From Azolla caroliniana (Eukaryota > Plantae > Polypodiophyta), in assembly GCA_043228905.1 (NCBI GenBank), contig JBHGNT010001099.1, forward strand, positions 1 to 12,063: a stretch of 12,063 nt of DNA, given 5' to 3'. How positions within the stretch are numbered: position 1 is the first letter of the stretch; each line of letters begins with the position of its first letter. Of this stretch, positions 1-8,372 are shown in pieces. The position numbers and the translations under genes were made by a program. The notes under the pieces were generated by a model. That model was given only the letters and a program-made list of their open reading frames with translations. It had not been told where the DNA came from and made no database searches.

Positions 1-396
1 ACACAGTTAGGTAAAGCAGTGATACTATTTTGGCTTGTTGCTGTACTGATATTTACGTCAAGTTATACGGCTAGCTTGTCATCAATAATAATAGCACAAC
101 AACAACAACAACAAACTCCAATCATTAGAAGTTTTCAAGACCTACAAAATTCTCGATTACATATAGGATGCCAAGAAGGATCATTCACACTAGAGTACTT
201 AAAGAATCACTTACAGATTTCTTTAGATAGGCTTATACAATTGGATACTGACAAGAATTATGTTGATGCATTGAATTTGAATGAGGTGGCAGCAATTATT
301 GATGAGTCACCTTATATAGAGACCTTCCTTACAAGTTTGGGATGCGACTATACGATTGTTGATTCAAACATTGTTTACTTTGGCGGCTTCTCATTT
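1..396 (+). CDS. GLR: Glutamate receptor-like (GLR/iGluR family) ion channel, penultimate coding exon (M3 helix and S2 ligand-binding lobe); begins before the window
   Basis: Frame 1 is open from base 1: TQLGKAVILFW...IFTSSYTASLSS (M3 gating motif, plant SYTASLTS type, 61-84), IGCQEGSF, VAAIIDESPY, GCDYTIV, GGFSF. It ends at a GTAAGT donor at 397 in phase 0. Confidence 0.92.
97..114 (+). repeat. (CAA)6 coding microsatellite encoding Q6
   Basis: caacaacaacaacaacaa, in frame in the GLR M3-S2 linker. Confidence 0.95.
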
Positions 397-697
397 GTAA
401 GTATTGTTTATTTAATTGTAGCATGTCATCTAGTTTTATTTTTTAATGCATGCCATAATAATGATACAACCAATACATATAATACTTTTGAGACAAGTAC
501 TCAACTAGCGAACTTAATATATTTAACTCACATGTCATTATTTAATTACTTTGATCGAGTGAAATCACTAAATATTTATGTAGGATTATCTCCTGAAATA
601 AAATGAACCAACTAACCATGGTACAAAAAGAAATAGTATGTAAATATACATTTAAAATAAAAACTAATATCATAAGGATTTCCCTCCCATCTTGCAG
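397..697 (+). other. Spliceosomal GT-AG intron of the GLR gene (301 bp)
   Basis: Donor GTAAGT at 397, AT-rich body, branch-like CTAAT at 664-668, pyrimidine tract ttccctcccatct, acceptor TGCAG ending at 697. Splicing gives GGFSF|AFQKNSSL, matching the plant GLR G(F/W)GF|AFP(K/R)xSPL junction. Confidence 0.9.
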
Positions 698-988
698 GCA
701 TTTCAAAAGAACTCATCCTTAACAAATGATATGTCACTTTCTATCATATCTTTAGAAGAATCTGGTGAGCTTCAAGAACTTAAGAATAAATGGCTTGGTT
801 CTCGACAATGTACAACAACCACTACTACCACAAAAATGTCTTTCTATAGTTATTTGGGTGTACTTTGTATCATAATTGTATTGTATCTTGCGTGTGTATT
901 ACTAAGATGTTTGTATTGTCGACCCTCATCAACAGTATCACATAATCGTCAAGGATTTGTGGAAATGACCGAGAATCAAAATCAATAG
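698..988 (+). CDS. GLR: GLR last coding exon (end of S2, M4 transmembrane helix, short C-terminal tail)
   Basis: AFQKNSSLTNDMSLSIISLEESGELQELKNKWLGSRQC matches the GLR consensus (S.AIL.L.E.G.LQ.I..KW....C). A hydrophobic M4 (SFYSYLGVLCIIIVLYLACVLL) follows; stop TAG at 986-988. Confidence 0.9.
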   Translation, partial: AFQKNSSLTNDMSLSIISLEESGELQELKNKWLGSRQCTTTTTTTKMSFYSYLGVLCIIIVLYLACVLLRCLYCRPSSTVSHNRQGFVEMTENQNQ

Positions 989-1003
989 CCTTTTCAAGCA
1001 AGA

Positions 1004-1023
1004 AATAAAAATATATCAATAAA
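1004..1023 (+). promoter_or_regulatory. Candidate polyadenylation signals (two AATAAA) in the GLR 3' UTR
   Basis: AATAAA at 1004-1009 and 1018-1023. The AT-rich context makes chance occurrence likely. Confidence 0.3.
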
Positions 1024-1277
1024 ATCATTTAATGTGGTGGAATAATTAACATAGAGTTATAAAAGTTCTTGTAATTTAGTAATTCATTATTATATTTTAT
1101 GTTGAGAGAAAGCTTAGATTTCAAGTTACATATTATGTGAAAATGATTAAACATGTACAGATATTGTATACATGTGGTGGAAATAAGATGTTATTGCCTA
1201 TCTGAAGCTCAGTATTTTGCGTAATCATTGTTAGAAACATGCCATATTATTGTAATTAGGTTTTTGTTTATCAAAAT

Positions 1278-1719
1278 TGTTGAGCAAGCAAGGTCAACCG
1301 GATCCGGATCAGCTAAATAAGCTAGAGCTGGATCGGTATCCGGAACGAAGAACCGGATCGGTGTTCAGATGATATCCGAAACTAGGAGTCGGATCGGATT
1401 CAAACCGGTATGCTGTTAGAGGCCTATGGATCTCGCCTAGTACGTAGGCATATTTTTGGGAGTCAGTATCAGTCGCTCGTGTGAGCATTGAAATACTTGT
1501 CAGTCCTTTATGGACTTGTATAAAAGTGCTCTCTGATCACATTCTATGTACAAAGGATTGTTTTTTTTTTAATTGAGTTTTATGTTCTGCTCTCTCTCTG
1601 TCTCTCTGTCTCTCCCGTGTATGCTAAGTGCTCTCAAGCTTCCATTGAGCCTGTGTTTATTCTCTATCACTACCCGGCTAAACCGGTTTTGTGAAAGCTT
1701 CCACACGCTAACTTTCACA
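1278..1719 (+). mobile_element. Probable solo LTR (about 442 bp), superfamily unresolved (Copia-like layout)
   Basis: Starts TGTTGAG and ends TTTCACA. Flanks AAAAT (1273-1277) and CAAAT (1720-1724) form a 5-bp TSD with one mismatch. It has a GC-rich U3 with repeated CCGGAT/ATCCGG, TATAAAAG at 1519-1526, then poly-T and (CT)n. Both flanks are AT-rich. Confidence 0.55.
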
Positions 1720-1914
1720 CAAATATATGTCAAATGTTCACAAATAAAACGAAAACCATATGTAGTATATTGATTCCTCACACGACGGGTGAGTAGGAGG
1801 CAGAGTGGAGGAGGGGCAGGTCCCGTCTTTCCTAAGGAGTGGGGGAGCACGCACACTTCCTCAAGCAGAAAGGATCAAGTGCGGGAACACAACAACCAAA
1901 GTAGTGCTCTCCCT

Positions 1915-2280
1915 ATTGAGATCATATTTAAGTAGCACAGGATGCTACTCTTGGAGAAGAAGATAGACCTCCTTGAGCAAGTAGTGGTCATATGTCGCGT
2001 GGTGGGAGCATGTCCGAATAGAGGGTTGCATCAAGATATACTACAAGGAAAAAACCACCCACCAATAGGTGGAAGGGGTTTTATCTAATCGTCTTGGAGG
2101 ACAAGGACTCTACAAAGAAACTCATAGCAATGTCCCCTTGCCACATCCAAAACACACAAATGTTTTTTGCACAAATGGGTACATGGTTTTAATCCAGTGA
2201 CAGGCGCACAGCTAGAAGATTCAATGAAAAAGGTAATGATGTTGTTTCTTGGTTTATTTTTGGAATACAATGCTTCCCAC
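1915..2280 (+). pseudogene. Frameshifted relic resembling L1-type LINE ORF1 (DUF4283-like domain)
   Basis: Joining frames gives LLEQVVVICRVVG ... GFYLIVLEDKDSTKKLIAMSP ... CFLHKWVHGFNP ... KVMMLFLGLFLEY. This follows the order of plant LINE ORF1 motifs (G.F.I.F....D...VL..GPW; W.PGF.P; VWV..PGLPLEY). It is absent from the ORF track because of the frameshifts. Confidence 0.55.
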
Positions 2281-2299
2281 TATTGGAAATTCCTTCGAA

Positions 2300-4090
2300 A
2301 TGATGTTGTACGCAACGACTAACGGAAGCAGAAGCCGAGCGATCAGAAATCGTTGAATTCGGCATGTCACTTGAAGGACTAGTGGCAAGATGGCATGAGA
2401 AGCACCTCCTGAGAAGCTTCGCACTAGTCAAACAATTTATACGACATATCAAGAAGCCAACGAGGCCATTCCCCAATTTATCATTTGGTTTCAGACATTG
2501 AATAATCATCTTACAAGGGCATCCCTAGAGGATGAAGCAAAGGGAGTCTTTTTTGCTGCGCTCCGGGAGCCACTCTGGACAATGCTTATAGTGTTGTATT
2601 TCCGACAGAACACCAGCAATAAAGTCATTGATCGGGTTCTTGACATGGATCGAGCCCAAAACGGAAACTACATGGCGATGGGGGCCTTGCAACATGTGCT
2701 ACCGAGAGAGGAGGATGTGCAATTTAGGCAAGCATTGCAGTGCACAACGTGTCTCAACCCCGAACATTCCACACTAGAATGCACCATGAGCACCCAATGC
2801 ATGTTGTGTCACACTCGGTCACACTCCATGGACCAGTGTGAGTACAATTTATTAAATCGGCAGGCATCATCGGTCTTACAGATGGAGCTCCGAGACGACC
2901 AACGACTAGAGGAGGAGCGGTTCCGATGAGAGAACTCTTACGATGACAGACAAAGAGAGGATTATGTTTGGGACCGCTATGAACGAGATTACTCGCTAGA
3001 TTATGACTAGAAAAGAGGCGAAATATGGTACTTGGAGAGGCAAGGATACCACAACCGGAGAAACCCGAATAATAGAAGGGGGAATTTCTGATAGGATCAG
3101 CATCGGGAGTAAAACCGGGAATACCGTCGGGGACTGGACACGAATCCGTCCACCCCACAACCGGAGTAGCGAAGGACGGAGGAGGAAAACAAGATGGCTT
3201 CCAGCATCCAACTGGGTAATGCCGAAAAGGGAGAATCGAGTGGTATCCGGAAATTATATTGTTACTATTGTCGGCAAGAAGGCCACTACAATAGCCAGTG
3301 CCCGGTAAAGACCAAGGAGAAACAACCGACAGTGAATTGAGTGGTGACTACCAAGGTGATGGATGTTTAACAAGTCATGACACGGTCCAAAGGGAGGGCT
3401 GCAAAGTGGGAGACCCAAGAAGCAATCCGGACGCAGGCCACAGAATGGATACAACATGCCAATCAAAGGAACACGGACAAATTGAAATAATAGGCCAAGT
3501 TACCAAAAGAAACGATTGGGAGCACCGACAACAACCCAACCTAGTAGGCCTTACAACAATGTAAGATTATGTTGCCACTATGCCGACTCTTGCAGTTGGT
3601 TCCCAGATTTATGGAAGGGTTAAAATTGGCATTGTCACCACAAAATCCGGCGTCATCACCCTCATTTTTCACAAATCCAGGGGAAGGATCGGCCATAGTG
3701 GACACAAATAGTTCGGCAGTGACAACCATCATAAAGGGAAACGAGGTACCCGTAACGATTATAGATGGAGGATCTAGCGTGAATATGATCATCCGACGGA
3801 CTTGCGATATGCAGGGCATCCGACATTGGGAACCGTGCCCATTCTGGATACATATGACAGATACAAGTTTGGTTCGGCCAACCGGATTAATCCGGAACCT
3901 TGAAGTCACGATCGAAGGACATGCGTTCTGGATTTCAACAATACTATTGCAACTCAATGCGACGGGAGCATATCCTCTATTAGTAGGAAGACCGTGGCTG
4001 AAGACAGTGCACATTAAACAAAATTGGCAAAAGAACGTGATCACTTTCTGACGAGGAAAAACCAAAGTCAGGGTACCAACACATGAACGG
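2300..4090 (+). pseudogene. gag: Relic A: degenerate Ty3/Gypsy gag plus aspartic protease
   Basis: Capsid-like EFGMSLEGLVARW; CCHC knuckles CTTCLNPEHSTLEC and CMLCHTRSHSMDQC (2741-2839) and CYYCRQEGHYNSQC (3260-3301); protease IIDGGSSVNMI (Asp codon 3764) and YPLLVGRPWL. Contains several stops and frameshifts, and is cut at 4090 by the LTR of element B. Confidence 0.8.
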
Positions 4091-5009
4091 TGTCATGAAG
4101 GATTCCAGCCATAGAGAGAGACATAGCCCGATGCGCGTGAACAGGTGTGCACGGTTGCACACAAATTAAGTGATATGTACAAACATATGTGAATACTATA
4201 GTGTTAGTTTAGTGTTGGTGATTACTAGGTAGGTGTGAATGATAGGTACTTTATGGTCACACAATTAAAGGAATAACGGTGATTGAGTGGAGGAGATCGA
4301 GCAAAGAACTAGGAGGACAGAAAACGATTGCCTTTATTGATGATTTAACGACTTCCCCTTGTTCTATAAAAGGGGAGGTTAGAGGTTGTTTTAGGGATCC
4401 ACGATTTGGAGGACGAAGTGTTGTTGGTTTGAGTGTCGAGCTCTCTCTCTCTCCCTCCCTCCCTCGCTCTTTGTTTTGTGTTCCGTGCTGATTCGGGAAA
4501 GAAGGTGAAGCCTCTGCTCCCTCAAGAAGCCTGTGGGCTCCCGACTAGAGGTTCATCATTTTGTGCATGTTTGTGGTGGTCGTAGTTCAAAGCACCATTG
4601 TTGACCAAGTCCGGTTGTATTCTTTCGTTTTCTGTTAATCATTAGTGTTTTGTTGTGTCTCTTCTTGTGTTTGGGTATTCCTGCGTGGTTCCTACTTGTT
4701 GCAGTTTGCTACGCCTCGAGATCGTGTCATTATTCTCATTATGTTCCTATTGTGCACGCGTCCGAGTCCGTGAGCCTATGAGCTCATTGTTGTTGTTTGG
4801 CATTCCGACCAAAACAATACACTTCTTCAGGCCCATGCGCTAACCGGCCGGGATCCGGGAATCGTTCGGATTGGATACGCATCTCGAAACTAAACCAGCA
4901 AAGCTATCAAGACGTCGTTTCACGCCGCCATTCACCCTTACCGACTCCTTAGTATGATATCCCAGTGGTCCTGCCCCCTTTCTACACATCCACGTAGAAT
5001 ACCGCGACA
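4091..5009 (+). mobile_element. 5' LTR of older Gypsy element B (about 919 bp)
   Basis: Begins TGTCATGAAG (compare TGTCGTGAAG of D) and ends CGCGACA (compare CACGACA of D). TATAAAA at 4365-4371 is followed by a CT-rich tract at about 4441-4470. A PBS-like site and gag come directly after, and it interrupts relic A. Confidence 0.7.
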
Positions 5010-5013
5010 TCTT

Positions 5014-5031
5014 TGGTAAACCCAAAATGAA
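5014..5031 (+). promoter_or_regulatory. Degenerate primer-binding site (tRNA-Trp type) of element B
   Basis: TGGTAAACCCAAAATGAA matches the D PBS TGGTGAACCCGACGTGAA at 14 of 18 positions (three G>A, one C>A). It lies 4 nt after the LTR end. Confidence 0.65.
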
Positions 5032-5051
5032 GGCAGCAAAAGAGTCTGAAG

Positions 5052-6103
5052 ATGAGGGGAAACGAACTGGCTGAAGTAATGGCGGTGATTGTCGACTGTC
5101 TGGTTAACGCTCGTGAAAGCACCAATGGGCTCTACAAGTCCGTAGAAACAATACTAGGCATGACAGGACGTTTCAACGGGAAGGATGTCACGAACTACCT
5201 CGACGCCTTCAAGGCCGAGATGTTGATGAGGGATATTCCAGACGATAGACGGTTGTCCGCATTTCCCCGAGTTGTTACGCCGAGCATCCACGCAGAGGTG
5301 CTCGAGTTGCAGGCCGACTGCCGAACTTGGCCGGAGTTCAAGGAGTGGCTCCTTCTATGACTTGATCCGGTTGTCAGAGAGGGAGCTGATGAAGTGGGTC
5401 AAGAGCCCTAGTGACGGGACGAGCAGATTGGCGCTCCTCCAAGAGTTTGAAAGACGATTCAATGTGCTACTCTCGGTGCTAAACCGGACCATGCTCAATA
5501 CAAGCAAGGTCCTGTTGTTTATCAAGTAGGTCGATGTGCTCGATCAAGAGAAGGTTGGCCTCCCATTGGATACAGAAGAAGGGGCACGACTAATTGGGCC
5601 GTGGTAAAAAGGGTTTGTAGCCGTTTCGACAAACGGGGAGAACGGAATGACTCGGGACCTCGACGGTTGGCTCAGTCGCTGGGAAAAAGCCGGATGAATT
5701 GATTCCAACACGATCGAGGGAGACACCAAGATGGATCGAGTAGGGCAAGGTACCGGCCGACGTGGTGAAAGGACCATCCGGGGGCACAACTCTAGAGGAG
5801 CTAACAAAGATGGTAAGAGACCTTCATATTTCCCAAGCCTGGAGGGAGGGTGGCGGCCAAACGCGCGATCGGCGCCCACCGAACGACCAGAGGTACATGT
5901 GGTGTGACGCCGTCCGCCACATGCGGAGAGAGTGCACCAATTTCGCTGAAGCACTCAAGAACAATGTTGTGTACCTCTGGAACGGAGGGGTGCATGCATG
6001 TGACACGCAAAGGCCTCTCGGGGTGAACACCAGACAAGGTTGCATGAAGAGGCTAATGGAGGCCATTCACTACTCGGTGTCGGCAGGGATCCCGGTAGGT
6101 TGA
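5052..6103 (+). pseudogene. gag: Broken gag of element B, homologous to the Gag of element D
   Basis: B versus D: GRFNGKDVTNYL/GMFDGTNISKYV; KVLLFIK/KVALFLQ; LEELTKMVRDL/LDDLVQSMKDL; RYMWCDAVRHMRREC/RCMWCDSLEHRLRDC; HYSVSAG/YYSATAG. Has frameshifts and stops and is truncated before the protease. Confidence 0.85.
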
Positions 6104-6112
6104 GATAAGGGC

Positions 6113-7628
6113 CTCCCCCTCAAGTTTGGGATATCGAGCTATTGCACACCAAGTGCACCGGAAAATTACCGCAAATTGTCAAAGCCGAGGGGTTCAATGA
6201 AGATATCGGCCACCTGCCGATCCATTGGAACTAGCAGCAGTTCCACCTCACCGGAGAGAATGCGCTCTCGAACCAGATGGTAGTGCACCTCGATGTGCTT
6301 TGTCCGGGCGTGAAAGACGGGGTTCTTGGCCAATTGGATGTTGCTGAGGTTGTCATAGTAGATCGTTGTCAAATCAAACACCTCCACACGCAGATCCTTC
6401 AGGAGCCTCTTGAGCCATATGGCTTCGCATGTGGCGACAACCGCTCCTCGGTACTTGGCCTTTGTGCTCGACAGTGCTACTATCAGCTGCTTCTTGCTAC
6501 TCCAGGCGACCACGACACTTCCAAGTGAAAACGCATATCTGGCCCAATCGGCATCTGTGCAGATCACTTCGATCACAAGGACGTAATGAAGGTATTCTAG
6601 ATCCTTCATCTCAAATGATACCGCGAGCTGGGATTTGACGCGGCCGATTTCGTCCAAGTCAGAACCGACGATGACAAGATCATCCACATAGAGCAATATG
6701 CTCACCGGCCCATTCTAACCTTGCCGAATGAAAAGTGAATAGTCTGATTTCGACGGAGGAAACCCCATTCGATGCAGTCTCTACGTGATCTTCGCGTTCT
6801 AGTCGGGCAGGGCTTGCTTAAGTCCGTAGAGGGACTTCTTCAATCGGCACACAGCTGATATGTTCATCCCGAACTGAAATCCTGGGGTTGAACCATATAC
6901 ACCTACTCTTGATTATCACCTTGCAGGAACGTGTTCTTTATATCCATCTGATGTAGATGCCACACCTTTGACACGGCCACCATAAGCAAGACACAGATGG
7001 TCGTCATCTTTTTGACCGGCATGAACGTCTCATCGTAGTTGATGTCGTGCTACTGCGCATAGCCTTTGGCCACTACCCAGGCCTTGTACCGGTTGATAGA
7101 GCCATTGGTGTTGTATTTGACCTTGTATACCCACCGGCAACCAATCCACTTCATTCCATTCGGTACGTCCACTAAATCCCATGTCACATTTTCCTTGAGT
7201 GCGTGCATCTCTTCCTCCATGGCCTTCTGCCAGTTCGGATCTCTAGCCGCTTCTACATAGCTCTCCGACTCACGCACGGCTGCCACCTTCATCATGTACG
7301 CATAATGATGCGCCATATACTCATTGTACACCTACCTCTTTACGGGGTTTTCCTAGCGGGTGGATTGGCGCAATTCCTGATTTGCCGATTTCGTGGCCTC
7401 CTTGGCCGATTCCAACCTCTTCCTCGGAGGTGCCTGTTCGGTTCTGTCGGAGTCGGATTCGCTCTGATCCGACTCGGCTCGGCTGGTATCTCCTCGGTTT
7501 CTTGCGCGGGGAGAGCACAACCGAGTCTTCACTACTCTCCGGCTCATCATCCGGTTGACCGCTCTGGCTCAACCAGTACGGGTTCGGTCCACTCATTCAG
7601 AGAGAAGTCGGATTATCCGGCTATCCGG
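6113..7628 (-). pseudogene. pol: Relic C: Ty1/Copia pol (integrase-RT linker, RT, RNase H) ending at a polypurine tract
   Basis: Minus-strand motifs W..AMEEEM.AL..N.TW.LV, CRWVYKVK, RYKA..VAKGYAQ, HQMDIKN.FLQG, LKKSLYGLKQA, YVDD (6679-6690), DADWA, W.SKKQ..VALSST, NPVFHARTKHIEV.YH, ADIF, then TTGAGGGGGAG (6123-6113). Contains stops, frameshifts and internal deletions. Confidence 0.93.
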
Positions 7629-7796
7629 TGTCGTGAAGTACGAAAGCTTCACATTAAAAGTCTACAATAAGATAAATACGTAACTAAAATAACATTTGAT
7701 AATGTTTTATAACAACACATATGATAATATTATATATATGTAAAGAAAAATAATATATATATATAGATAAATATATTATATTACACGAACAAGAGA

Positions 7797-7850
7797 GGAC
7801 TTGAACCAATAACCCCACCCTATGACTCTCAAATCTTACCATTTACTCTA
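7797..7850 (-). promoter_or_regulatory. tRNA-like Pol III A-box/B-box module 1 in the LTR (copy at 11233-11286)
   Basis: Minus strand: TAGAGTAAATGG, 31 nt, GGTTCAAGTCC. A T5 run lies downstream (7750-7746) and TATATATAAA upstream (7890-7881). Confidence 0.5.
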
Positions 7851-7954
7851 TACTAGTAATATACATAAAATAAAGCATACTTTATATATACTTTATATTA
7901 CATAAAGGATTTGCTTCATGATATAAAAATAAAGTTGTATGTTGTAGTATTTTG

Positions 7955-8008
7955 AGACTCGAACCAACAACCTCATACACCAAAGTCAACACACCTACCA
8001 TTAAGCTA
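7955..8008 (-). promoter_or_regulatory. tRNA-like Pol III A-box/B-box module 2 in the LTR (copy at 11391-11444)
   Basis: Minus strand: TAGCTTAATGG (fits TRGCNNARYGG), 32 nt, GGTTCGAGTCT. A T5 run lies downstream (7929-7925). Confidence 0.6.
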
Positions 8009-8191
8009 GGCCCTTTCTCTTTAAGATTATATTTTCATGTTTATTGTTATTGCATATATTGTTTCATACATAAAAGCTCAAATGAGCGAGATGTTTATCA
8101 TGCATCACATGTAATGCATGAACGCCAAATGGCGATCATGCATCACAGGCATGTCTTGTACCCTCCAATGCATCATATGCATGGGGGCACC

Positions 8192-8199
8192 TATTTAAA
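8192..8199 (+). promoter_or_regulatory. Candidate LTR TATA box (TATTTAAA; copy at 11628-11635)
   Basis: CTATTTAAAG in mid-LTR, just after the CATG-rich block and before a purine-rich stretch. Confidence 0.45.
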
Positions 8200-8318
8200 G
8201 GGTGAAAGAGGAGATCAAAGGGGGATATGTATGAGATATCAATCAAATTATGTACTTCATAAGAGATACCATAAAAATAGAGAAAGAGGGGAAGAAGTTT
8301 AACATAAACGTGGAGCTC

Positions 8319-8372
8319 TAGCTTGGCGGTCGTGGTGGTCAACTCTCAACAAGAGGGAGGCGGTTCGAGATT
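8319..8372 (+). promoter_or_regulatory. tRNA-like Pol III A-box/B-box module 3 in the LTR (copy at 11755-11808)
   Basis: GGAGCTC then TAGCTTGGCGG, 32 nt, then GGTTCGAGATT (5' LTR) or GATTCGAGCCT (3' LTR). Combining the two copies gives GGTTCGAGCCT. Confidence 0.5.

Noticed and set aside
397-606. C-terminal part of the 195-aa ORF (VSIVYLIVACH...)
   Set aside because: It is read-through into the intron. GLR similarity stops at the GTAAGT donor and resumes at 698.
1032-1186. Short direct repeat ATGTGGTGGAA in the GLR 3' region
   Set aside because: Only two 11-bp copies with no further structure, and no CRISPR-like or satellite periodicity.
1292-1303. 12-bp inverted match GGTCAACCGGAT with 7549-7560
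   Set aside because: Several 12-mer matches are expected by chance in 12 kb, and this one does not extend.
2754-4065. Minus-strand ORFs of 60-174 aa over relic A (and similar ones over B and D)
   Set aside because: They are antisense shadows of gag/protease sequence with no recognisable motifs.
7203-7670. Overlapping ORFs in the GC-rich Ser/Arg/Glu low-complexity stretch
   Set aside because: This is the Copia integrase-RT linker and its shadow frames, with no independent gene evidence.
7786-8015. Functional tRNA genes (Met-like and Gln/Pro-like loops) in the LTR
   Set aside because: Acceptor and anticodon stems do not pair. Only the boxes and spacing remain, so they are reported as tRNA-like modules.
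7952-8302. His/Met-rich 116-aa ORF duplicated at 11388-11738, and the antisense 68-aa ORFs
   Set aside because: Non-ATG start for the 116-aa ORF, and all lie inside the LTR. The His/Met bias comes from the CATG repeats, and the duplication only reflects LTR identity.
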